Shown: one piece after another, positions 23,007 through 33,571 of the stretch | Layout: each line of letters begins with the position of its first letter | Numbering within the stretch: the first letter of the stretch is position 1 | DNA from: Phoronis australis | Taxonomy: Eukaryota > Animalia > Phoronida | DNA length: 35,181 bases | NCBI GenBank assembly: GCA_002633005.1 | Contig: NMRA01001250.1 | Span: 1 to 35,181, forward strand | Direction: 5' to 3' | Notes under the pieces: model-generated | Told to the model about the DNA's origin: nothing | Databases searched by the model: none | The model's input: the letters and a program-made list of their open reading frames with translations, nothing else | Made by a program: the position numbers and the translations under genes

Positions 23007-23284
23007 GCATCAGGAACAGTACAGGGTGTACTTAAATCTATGTACGGCATCACGGACAGTACAGGATGTACCTACATGTACAGGATCGAGGTCAGTACAG
23101 GATGTACTTATATGTACAGCATCACGGACAGTACAGAATGTACAGGATTGAGGACAGTACAGGATGTACATATATGTACAACATCACGGAGAGTAGGCCT
23201 GCAGGGTGTACTTCTATGTACAGGATAAAGGACAGTACAGGGTGTAGTGATATGTACAGTCTCAGGGACAGTACAGGGTGCATC
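23007..23284. repeat. ~36-bp minisatellite, about 8 degenerate units
   Basis: Unit approximately ggacagtacaggatgtacNtatatgtacag(catcac/gatNga). It explains the overlapping repetitive ORFs at 22930-23518. Confidence 0.9.
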
Positions 23285-24474
23285 GAAGAATCAGAAGTAG
23301 CGGAAACATCGTTTGGGACGGTGGCTAAACCATCAAGAAATGTGGTAATAGCGTCAGGAGAAATGATTACAGCATTAGAAACAGGCTACCGGGAATTTTC
23401 GCAGATAAGCCCAAGGGTTTTAATCCGGAAAATTACAGGCGCTTCAGTAACTCCAACTAAATACCCGGGGGTATGTAAACGGATGTCTGCTATGAAAATA
23501 TCAGAGTTTTGTGCATAAAACTGTGTTTTTTATTTTCAAGCTGTAAGTAGCGAGTGCGCCAGGACTTCATTTTTTGTTAGCAAGTGATTTATGCTCCAAA
23601 AAACTGGATTTGTGACTACAAGTAGATAGTAAGTGGAATTTTCAGAAGAAATTTTCCGAATACAGTATACGTCCCAATATCTGAACACTAAACCCGAAGA
23701 TGTAACACCAGATAAACGCCCATGGACATGAGCTTTTTATTAGGCGGGTCTTTCTACGAAACTTTACGGTATAGAAGACGGCAGTGATGCTTACTAAATT
23801 GCAGGTAAGAAGACGGTTAGTGCTGAGTTGGGACCTAGGCTCCTTTTGCAGGGATGAAATGGATATTTAGGAGGCCTATTGAACACCGCGCTATTGCTGC
23901 AAGACTTGCTGAGAATGTACATGCAATTTCTGGTACTATACACTTTTCTAGACCGCGGTCACCTTGTCAATGTGAGTGCCCCCAGGTTCATTCCTTGTAT
24001 AGGCCTAACTTGCTAGGAGGCGTATCTTGAAACGGTTCAGCTTAAGAGACTCTTGCCGTTTGGCTGCTGACTTAGAGAGTCTTTATCTAGCTCTAAGTCG
24101 AACCAGGTAGTCACGTGTCCCCACACACGTGGTGAAATGTAGCAGGTCGATTTGCCTGAATATCAGGGTTGCAGTACCACAATATATTCGCTAATCACAT
24201 CAAACATATCTTGGAGTAAATACACTAGGCTACCTAAAAATCGACTACAGATCTTTGCTTAGTCCGCGGCGGATGCATCTAGACTGAATTAGACGGTAGC
24301 ACAATTGAACTCCGCGCGACTTTCCGATGTTTCCCTGCGTGTTCGGAGAAATTGCTTTCGGTGATGACAGTACATCACAATGCAAAGAAATTATGTTTTA
24401 CAGAGTGAATATCCTATAACCTCAGTTTTTTCAAGGTGGTTTACTTGGGGTTTACCTACGCTGGCAGTGCCGTT

Positions 24475-24564
24475 TTCGTTTTTCTAGCGACGTTTTTATT
24501 TTTTTCATTTAATCCTGTCCTAAGGGGCGATTAAACCCCTGAGCTCCCCGTACATCGGCTACTG
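24475..24564 (+). mobile_element. Partial copy of the 10575-10802 hAT-like MITE family (right end)
   Basis: gtttttctagcga...atcctgtcctaaggggcgattaaacccctgagctccccgtacatcggctactg aligns to gtttttctggcga...atcctgtcccgaagggaggttgaaccccctgaacccccctgtagatccgcgtctg. Confidence 0.55.
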
Positions 24565-26561
24565 ATTGACTTCGTGTTGATGGGTTTTCCTATCAAATTG
24601 TCGTTGGTTCCTTAGCTAAGTATTTAAGGGGCATTGGTTTTCTCTGCGAACTTGGCTACATCGTTTTATTTACTGTGCCGTTGATGTTTCTTTCAAAATA
24701 CAAAATGCATTTATAGCATAAATTGAATAGTTCGTTACTGAAAGCCTCGTTAAGCTTCGTTTTCTTAATAGGCACCATAGATGAAGAGACAATGAGCACC
24801 GTGGATGAAGATTTGACCTATACCACTTACCACTTCAAAATTGGTCTCAACTTGTTACTTACTCAGATGATGAAGTTGAGATTTGTCTTGCAATGGATTG
24901 ACAGTTCTTGTTCGAGAAAATGCTCGACTAAAGAATTGACCCGCCGTGACAGCTCAAGTTGTCGAGTTTTAATAGACTCGAGCAATAACGAAATCGTTTT
25001 AACAAGCACAGAAATTACACCTGTCTTGACCAAGTGAAACCGATTTCATAAGTGTAAATTGAAAACCAAGCGCTTTTCAATAACAGCAATGCAAGTTTTA
25101 TAAACCACGTGTGTTACCAAATTAAACGGCCACATTGTCAGTTTGGTAGAACAGTTCTGTTTGCATCTTCAATAATAATATTAAAACGTTCATAAGTTCA
25201 ACATTTTGCCCTAAATTTGTATTTTGATGTGAAAAAATAAAAATGTGCAAGCTATGAAAATATTAGATATTTCTTCTCAGCTCAGTGGAGATCTATTTTC
25301 GTTGGTTTTTAGATATCTATTTCATGTTCAATTTCCAGAATTAGCCAAACTCAACTTTCTTGGAAATGTGCAAGCTGAAACGCACATAAATCCAAATTGT
25401 CCGCATGTGCGCAACGTAAGAAATTTTGGTTGTTTGATATGATCTCTACAGAAGGTACGATAGGTATACCAACGGTAATTAATGGAAAGTCACCAGCCTT
25501 TATTAAGTCACAAAGTTATGTTGGTGTTCATGTGCATGTATGTTTCAGCCAGATTAGACGATTTATTAGGAAAAAACATATCAAACTTATCAATACTTAA
25601 TAACTTCACAAAAAGGTAACTTCACAAGCAATTTCAATTACACCTTCGAAAACTGCAATTGGCCAAAATGAGCGATTTAGAATTGGAATATAATTTAAAA
25701 CTCCAATAATCTGGTGAATTTTGATCACCACTAAATTTTTCAGTCTCTTGCATCTCTCAATGATCGTGGCGTAGGACAGCTTGGAACTCCATTTTACTTA
25801 TATTTCCACAGTACTCACTCAAATTATTCCAAACCCCCAGTAACTGTTGACTGTGAATGACTCATTGATCTAATTCGGAGAGGGGCCGGAGGTAAAAGAA
25901 GCAAATAGTTGGAGCGCCATAGTTTGATGAAATTGAATTTAGTACTTAAATTGTTCCTTTTTATCCCTGTTGTGATATAGTGTGAATATCTCTAAGTTTA
26001 CGAAATCAAATCCAACACAACTGAGGTCCACGCCTGTCATGTTTTCACTTACTTATTCGCCGCACAGTTCTTTATTGTAAACAAAATATCACCACCCTTC
26101 CCTCTTCAGTTCAGTTAAAACACCTTGATAACCTAAATACAGGTATTCATAGTTTCTTATTTTACCATTAGGTGCCAGTGAAACATTTTAAAAGTTTATT
26201 TTGCAGCTATAATTTTTCTTGTTTTGCCCAGTCAATGTGATCAATAGCATTTATTTGAAAATGTTTGTTGGAATTTTAGAGACGATGTCTTGTACGTGGA
26301 CTCTAAATTTCAACGGTTTATCATTTTTCGCCCAATTCACTGACTAATTACTCACGGGAGCATTTCCACATTTGAATGAAATGAAAAACGTAAAAGTACA
26401 TGTATGATTGTCATGTTAAGGTCATCACGAAAAACCCTTTTAAAACTCGTAGAGTTCAGGACCCGTTGACTACTTATCTGGTATGATAACCCTAGATTAA
26501 GAACTCTTTGAAACGTTGTGTGTATGGGGTTAGACGAGAAAGAGCAGGCAGATGCGTGCTA

Positions 26562-28409
26562 CCGTACTCGTCCGCGTTACCGCCCGGGCGCTTAAATTGG
26601 GATTCTAAAAAACAGGCGATGGGTGGTGAGCCGAGCATGGGCGGTTAAAATCGAAATTTTTGAAAAGTCAGGAGTTGTTGCTTACTGCACAGAGGACCTA
26701 TTTTACCTGAACAGAGCTACACTGACGTCGGACTTCAAGCATATCAGTTAAAATATAGGTCGGGGGATTGAAGTAACGGACTTCGACGGCCTGCGCACAC
26801 GATATAATGTCGTCGTGATCCTGAGCGTCAGTTCACGGTGTATTTCTAAGGGAAGCACTTGATTGTGTAGATTTGCTTTCCCTGGACACTTAAGGCAACC
26901 AAGCTTGTGCTAATGATTGACAGGTCTTCTTATTGAATACTTTGAACAATGTAACATTTTATATACATTGTATATTTCTTTTTTAGTTCAAATCCAACAC
27001 CGCTGTCGTTCAAAGCACGTGCTAAAAAATCGGACGATACTACTCTTAAGCAATAGGTGTACTCTGTCATCTGCCAAAATAATGAAGCAAAAACTCATCT
27101 TGTAAAAAGTCGTCAGGCAAATCAAAAGTTCAAAATAGTAAGATTTTGACCTCGTAGAACGTGGACACAATGTTCGACTTACGCTAATGACAAGTTGATT
27201 TTTGGGCTCTTGCCTTTAGTTGGGTGCTTCCATTTTGGTGTCAGGAGTGAAAGTCAATAAAAACATGCGTTTAACCAATCAGAAGGGAACAGCGACACAT
27301 GTTGGCTTGTCACAATGTCTTTTCTTATTTCAATGCTCAGGGTGGTCATGTTTCGTGTACTGTCACGGGGAATAACAGAAAGGTTGGCCACGAACGTGAT
27401 ATCCCTGTCAAATACTGCTTTGCTGGTTCTTCTACAGCAAATGAAATACATTCGACAAGGNNNNNNNNNNNNNNNNNNNNNNNNNNNNNNNNNNNNNNNN
27501 NNNNNNNNNNNNNNNNNNNNNNNNNNNNNNNNNNNNNNNNNNNNNNNNNNNNNNNNNNNNNNNNNNNNNNNNNNNNNNNNNNNNNNNNNNNNNNNNNNNN
27601 NNNNNNNNNNNNNNNNNNNNNNNNNNNNNNNNNNNNNNNNNNNNNNNNNNNNNNNNNNNNNNNNNNNNNNNNNNNNNNNNNNNNNNNNNNNNNNNNNNNN
27701 NNNNNNNNNNNNNNNNNNNNNNNNNNNNNNNNNNNNNNNNNNNNNNNNNNNNNNNNNNNNNNNNNNNNNNNNNNNNNNNNNNNNNNNNNNNNNNNNNNNN
27801 NNNNNNNNNNNNNNNNNNNNNNNNNNNNNNNNNNNNNNNNNNNNNNNNNNNNNNNNNNNNNNNNNNNNNNNNNNNNNNNNNNNNNNNNNNNNNNNNNNNN
27901 NNNNNNNNNNNNNNNNNNNNNNNNNNNNNNNNNNNNNNNNNNNNNNNNNNNNNNNNTGTTTATTGTGCATGTATGTGCTTCAAGCACGCGGCTATTAAAC
28001 ATCACTTCAGAAACGAAGGCTAAAAATCGTTCACAGTCCGCCATTTTTTCACGGTGTTGTAAAGCTAACCAATGACTGCCAAGATTACATCGACCAATGC
28101 TAAAGCACGTGCCACTAGGTGATACCGGCGTGCTGGCGGGGCTAAGCACGCAGGGAACCAGCGAGTAGTAAAGTAAGCTCCCGGTTCCGCTAGAACTGAT
28201 TGTCACAGCAAGGTAAGCGAGTTGCGCACGTTTTGAAATCTTAATTTTGTGCGACGAACATTCACAGCAGGGCAGATGCTTTTACGGAAGTCTCGATTAT
28301 GAAAAATTGGGGTTGGGCGGTAAGCCGAGCATGGGTGCTTAAAATGAAAATTGAAATTTACGGGGATGGGCGGTAAGCCGAGCATGGGTCATAGCCCGGA
28401 CGAGTACGG
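26562..28409. mobile_element. Tc2/pogo-like TIR element spanning an assembly gap
   Basis: TA|ccgtactcgtccg ... cggacgagtacgg|TA gives a 13-bp perfect TIR with CCGTA termini as in Tc2-group elements. The subterminal agccgagcatggg occurs once at the left end and twice at the right. Confidence 0.8.
27461..27956. other. Assembly gap (N run)
   Basis: Run of N. Confidence 1.
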
Positions 28410-28635
28410 TATTTGTGGAATCATACTTTTTGAAAACATAAATTGGAATGTCTGTACGAATACTGTACTGGTACCGTGAACCATTTCAGTCGACTTCTGT
28501 AAAATTGTTTAAAAGATGAAGAAAATGAATTTATTACAGTTACTTAAACACCCAGCCACCAAACTCATCAGTCACTTTAAACAATATACAAGAGCAGCAA
28601 TGCATAGTACAATTATACATGAAGCTAAAAAATAT

Positions 28636-29330
28636 TTAAGAAATTAATTGAACAGAAAATTTCATCGTCTGTATATCTAGACAGATCATTACAAAAATCA
28701 TTACATCAAATAACAAGTTTGTCTCCAGAACGTAACGGGTCGATATCTGAGAGAATGAGCGTGATTTTATCAAAAACAAAACATGTTTTAAGTCTTCGTA
28801 AAAAGGACAAGAAAGAAAATAAATTTCATTCTCAGCAGTGTGCAAATTACAACCATACAAAATCTGTTACAGAGATCAATGTTAGAAAACCTACCAGTTT
28901 CAATATGGAGTGCGAAAATTCCACCACGAGAGTGTGATAAGTCATCTGCGATTCCGTTCAAAGATTAACGAATCAAAGTAGTTTTCATTAAAAAGTCTTT
29001 TTTAAAAAATTTGTTGGGTCGTAATTTGTTCTCGATTTTAGTAAATTCTTCCAAAAATCTGGAACCAAGCATGGACAATCCTCAATTTTGTCATTCCATA
29101 GCAATGATCAAAGCTGATAACTTCAAGACGTCTATCACAGTATCCAACAACCATACAACAAGTCGTTTTTCGGTCTTTGTGTCCATTAAAAGTACCGTTC
29201 AACACCATCTTGCAAAGGTAGTATGTGTCAAGCTCTGTGGTGGTACGCTTTGCTTTGGTTTGTTGACATAGAGAACTGGCGTTCTTGATTCAACATGAAA
29301 AATTTATGGAACCATTGCAGTTCAATCATT
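28636..29330 (-). pseudogene. 3' end remnant of a LINE ORF2
   Basis: LSHSRGGIFALHIETGRFSNIDLCNRF, then CNLHTAENEIYFLSCPFYEDLKHVLF. This matches the LxIETGR...C..E(D/N)ExHFLLxCPxYxxxR zinc-knuckle ending common in invertebrate LINEs. The upstream boundary is approximate. Confidence 0.75.
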
Positions 29331-29708
29331 ACTTCAACGGAAAGATTCACTGGCGCTAATTTAATTTATTGTAGTTTTCGAGACGGTTTGACTTAATTTG
29401 CGATTTGTGTGTCTTTTATACCTGTAAAAGGTTTAATTCATCTTTTGTAATTATCGACTAAAATAAAGTTTCAAAATACTTTTTCCAAGTTACAGAACGG
29501 CTTGGCCTCATCACTAACGTTCTTGATAAGTTCCCTTCATTTTCAGGCATAGAAGAAGACAACCCTGAGTTCGTTTTCCACTCAGTCTTCATTTCGGGCA
29601 GTTCTGAGTTGATCTGTCTGAATACTTTTGGCGTGTATTGTACTTCCACTGAAGTTACATGTTTTTTAGTTTCCACAAATGTGATGATCTTCACTCCGTC
29701 TGAATATT

Positions 29709-29717
29709 TTCCCGGAA
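29709..29717. promoter_or_regulatory. Candidate STAT (GAS) site
   Basis: ttcccggaa is a perfect TTCNNNGAA match, ~200 bp upstream of the CARD exon. Confidence 0.3.
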
Positions 29718-29945
29718 ATTAAATACACGAGCTGCATTAATTCTGAATAGACTATTTTCATTGCTATGAATAATGATAAACGAACAGAATAGTTTCTCAG
29801 TGCGGAACAGCCTTTAAATTTTCTTTTGCCTGTCGACGTAATGCAGGAGGAATTGACAGCGGGAGTTAGGGAGAGGCAAGTCCCATTTTTCTTTATTGAG
29901 TTCTTTTTGTTTCAGGTTGAGACGTCAAACTCAAATGTAAGCAAA

Positions 29946-30155
29946 ATGAACGAAGAACACAGAAATAGACTTAGACGCAACAGGACAAAAATAGTAGAGG
30001 ACTTGGATCCAGAACGGGATGTCAACGACTACTTGTTAGAAAATGGTATTATAAGTGATGAAGATAATGAAAAAATATGCAAGCAATCCACAACCAAGGA
30101 CAAAGCACGAGAGCTTTTAAACATTTTACCAAGGAAAGGGGAAAATGCGTTTCAG
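29946..30155 (+). CDS. CARD-domain protein, first visible coding exon (exon starts at 29916, ATG at 29946)
   Basis: Polypyrimidine acceptor ttctttttgtttcag|29916 and donor cag|gtagat at 30156 (phase 0). Peptide MNEEHRNRLRRNRTKIVEDLDPERDVNDYLLENGIISDEDNEKICKQSTTKDKARELLNILPRKGENAFQ has the CARD pattern (LRxNRxxLVxxL; LLxxGII; ARxLLxxLPxKGxxAF). Confidence 0.9.
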
Positions 30156-32221
30156 GTAGATGCATGTTAGGTTTCATCTATCTCCTCACGAAAGTAGATT
30201 GAGTGTTGCTTTATGGCTATTTCAGTACCTAAATGCATCAATGATGTTTCTTACAATGCGCCGCCTGTCGATTGTTTTTGAAGAGTCAAGTGTTTCGCTT
30301 TAATATAGCGACGGTCACATGTAGAGCTGTAAAGTAAATCAAACACTTCTATTATGATTAGATTGTGATCGAAATAGAACTCATATTAGGTGTTATAATA
30401 GATTTATCAAACCTTTTCATTTTTATTGATCTCAGTTTGCTATTTTGGCCCAATAGCACTCAATATAATTTCATCATGTATTTCATATGTTTACATGTAA
30501 ATGTTGAATAGAAACTGAAACGCTTCAGGGTTCAAAACACCCACACTCTACATACATGTATACAGTAGTTGGAAATGAGTTGTTGTCGGATTAGCCTGCA
30601 GCTCAAATCACCGACAATGCGTCGTGATGCGCCATTCCCGAATCCGTAATATATTGGGCTGGACAACACCAATGAGCACACAAGCGTTTCTTTAGGGTTT
30701 CGATGTTTTTATTGATAACAATAACAAGATATTATCAGGATAAAGAATAAGATGAGACTGATTCAACGAGACTGAAATGCCTAATTCGATTTTCGACTTT
30801 AACTAAACATAGGAAAATTGAGATTTTAGGATATCTCAAACCTTATTCCCAAAAATTGGCCGTTTTTACAACATTGCACTTGTGTCTAAAAAAATACCTT
30901 ATCTTCCTTCTTGGGGAACTTCAAATGCAATATATAAACCGCGCAGTGAGAAAAAAAAATTGAAGAACCCCCTTGGAACCTTACACCCGTGTGAATACTT
31001 GATTACTACTTCTCGGAGGTCAAAGGTTGCACGGCGGTCATTCAAATCGAATCTATCTCCCGTCACGTACAGAGCAGCTTCGTACATGTATACCCTCAGT
31101 CCTTTCATTCACCAAATCGCCACAATATTGAGTCAACGAGGTGTACTTATGATAGAATGATGCCGGGGAAAACAACCTTAGACCAAACGTAGTTTTGATC
31201 CTGAGGGAGTTGTGCGTCTACAATGCATACAATCTCTGGTGTCGAAACGAATGTTGCCAATCGATCGCCTCACGCCTCAGAGGTCATGAACACACCAAGT
31301 TGTGAAAAGAGATAAATCCTCACCCAAATTCTGTAATTTGATTAATGAATTGACAGTTCGATGTTTCGATCTCGTGCTATAACGACATTCTTTAACCACG
31401 GATTCGATTTTTGTTATCCATTTCTTACTTGGTTTTGTATCAGTCTACTGGCACGTCATGTGTACAGGCTATTATGTATAACAAATGAACTGTGACCTAT
31501 TTAAAAGTAGTTCGCAAACAGCAGTAACGTTGTTTCCAACTCGTGGCTGGGAATGGTACGTTTTAACGATAATTAAGTTAATTACGCACTGCAAAATCAG
31601 TTGACATTGCAAGTGAATATTGAAACAGCTAACATAGTTAAGGCATGTATAGGTTATGTTTACCGAAAACAAGTTTTCACCGAACAATAAAAGTAGACTT
31701 TGAGATCTTCACTCGTCAAAGTTTAATCGGCTTTTTCTCGGCTACGGCAAATCGACTTCATTTGAAGTTTGGAACACAAGTGCTTGAAAATGGCTAAATG
31801 GATTTCGCTGAAACATTCAAAACCTAGTCATCAATCTCAATCTGTTAGGATTTTTAATATTAAGGCCTAGTTTTTGCGTAATATTACAACGGTAAATATG
31901 ACTTTTTTTACAAAAATGCATTACGTTTTGTGGGTTGAATTGTCATTTCTAAAAGCGTTTTTGAGGTAACTGGTGAAATTCTTATTTTAAAAAGATTTCA
32001 TTAAAATCGACCGACGGGTTATTTTGCTATGAATTTACCTTTCTTATAATTGAAATTTTGACTTAAAAACGGTGTTTACGTAATAATAATATTGCTACAT
32101 AATACAAAAAAATATTTTTATATTTCCTAATCTTTTTCTGTCAGAAAAAAATTCTTTTACTAGTTGATGAAGCTTAGTTTTTTGTTATACGAGTTAGAAT
32201 GAAGGCCACTAAATAAGTTTT

Positions 32222-32684
32222 GAGATAACCAAATAACGCACGTCCTTAGATATCAAGTGATAGCTCACCTAATTTACCTATACGTTCTCTTCCGACTCTT
32301 TTTACTCCTTAATCCCACCCATGTTTTTCATTCCATTCCTTCTTCCTCCATTCTTTCATTCCATTCCTTCTTCCTTTATTCTTTCCGTTCACTTTTGTTC
32401 ATTTTCGTAGTTCCACCTTCACTCTCCCTTTCTTTCTTCATTCATCACCTTCCTTCACTATTCCCTCATTTCCTCCTTCATTCTCTCCCTCATTCATTCT
32501 ACTTTTCCACTTCCCTTCAATTCATTACTTTATCGTTCTATTCTTTCAATCGTCATTCTCTACCTTCCACCTCTACCCCCCTTCCACCTTACCCCCCNCA
32601 CTTCCTCTATCGTTCCCTCTCCCTTAAACCAAAACTGATTTAGCTGGAAGGACGTCGCGTTCTTTATATTATTTGTCTTATCTC
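32222..32684. repeat. ~340-bp polypyrimidine low-complexity tract bounded by imperfect inverted repeats
   Basis: gagataaccaaataacgcacgtcctt pairs with aaggacgtcgcgtt...ttatttgtcttatctc. The interior (~32285-32625) is strongly C/T-rich. Confidence 0.65.
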
Positions 32685-32722
32685 CTCACCTCAGATATTC
32701 AATTTATAAACATATATTGTAG

Positions 32723-32783
32723 GTTTTTCTAAAAGCTCTGGAACGTACTGGTTTGCACCATCTTGTTCAATTACTTGAGAAAG
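32723..32783 (+). CDS. CARD-domain protein, second coding exon (not in the ORF track)
   Basis: ttgtag|GTT TTT CTA AAA GCT CTG GAA...GAG AAA G|gtaagt encodes VFLKALERTGLHHLVQLLEK. It is in frame with exon 1 and completes the CARD AFxxFxxALxxTxxxHLxxLL ending. Confidence 0.85.
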
Positions 32784-33571
32784 GTAAGTCATTCCAAACT
32801 TTATCATTCCACTTGCAGGAGCATTAAAAACGCAGATTTAACGTGCGCTAGTGTTTTTTCACCCTTTACAACCGTCACATTTCTTCTCTTACTGTTCCAA
32901 ACACGTTTGTATTTCAGAGGAAGAATCCTTGACTTTAGCCAAACAGGCCTCCAGGATTACGATGCGTATTTTTTGTTCAGGTTCAGGTACGTGGTTTTCG
33001 TAAATAGTAAAAAATATCCTAACCATAGTATTCAGATAACCGTAAGTAGAAAGCAAAGAAAAAAGTTAGTCAACTAATTAGTCGAGTCGAAAAATGGCCT
33101 CCCGTGCACCCCCTGGACTTCAACTTTTAAGTTGTATTTTTGCAAAGAAAAATATGTGTGAAAAAAGATGTTGACAAGTCGAAAAAGTGTCCCACGTGCG
33201 TTTTTATGCAAATTAATGCCGCCATTACCGATTTTTCGTTATTTTATGATATTTCACTTTCTTATTCTTGTAAATGAACACATCAAGTGTTAAAACCCAT
33301 ATTTTTAGGGTTAAGCATTACGATGGAATAATTTTCTTCATAATCTATTACATCTAATTTGTATCATACGGTTTCTTACAGTCAATACTACATTGAAAGT
33401 GTACATAAGCCAATGCAAACACTGAATGTGCAACTTTCAGTGTTTATATAAATCAGCTCTTTAATGAGCCAATTTTCAACAAATGTTTTAAATATTTCAA
33501 GGAAAAAACGCCGGAAAATTATTGCAGAAATATGGACAATCATTAGGTGTTGATGTCACTGATTACATGTT

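Noticed and set aside
23007-23284. CRISPR-like array (36-bp repeats)
   Set aside because: The units are head-to-tail and degenerate with no unique spacers, there are no cas genes, and the context is eukaryotic.
24640-25010. Possible Penelope-like RT relic on the - strand
   Set aside because: There is a faint resemblance (LEQE...KTNL) but no intact RT motifs.
27254-28206. Long ORFs of 227-286 aa in the ORF track
   Set aside because: They are artefacts of translating through the N gap.
29826-29945. N-terminal extension of the CARD ORF as given in the ORF track
   Set aside because: 29826-29915 is intronic polypyrimidine sequence before the acceptor. Whether 29916-29945 is coding depends on an unknown upstream exon.
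32257-32643. 128-aa F/S/L/H-rich ORF resembling a membrane protein
   Set aside because: It is a translation of the polypyrimidine low-complexity tract.
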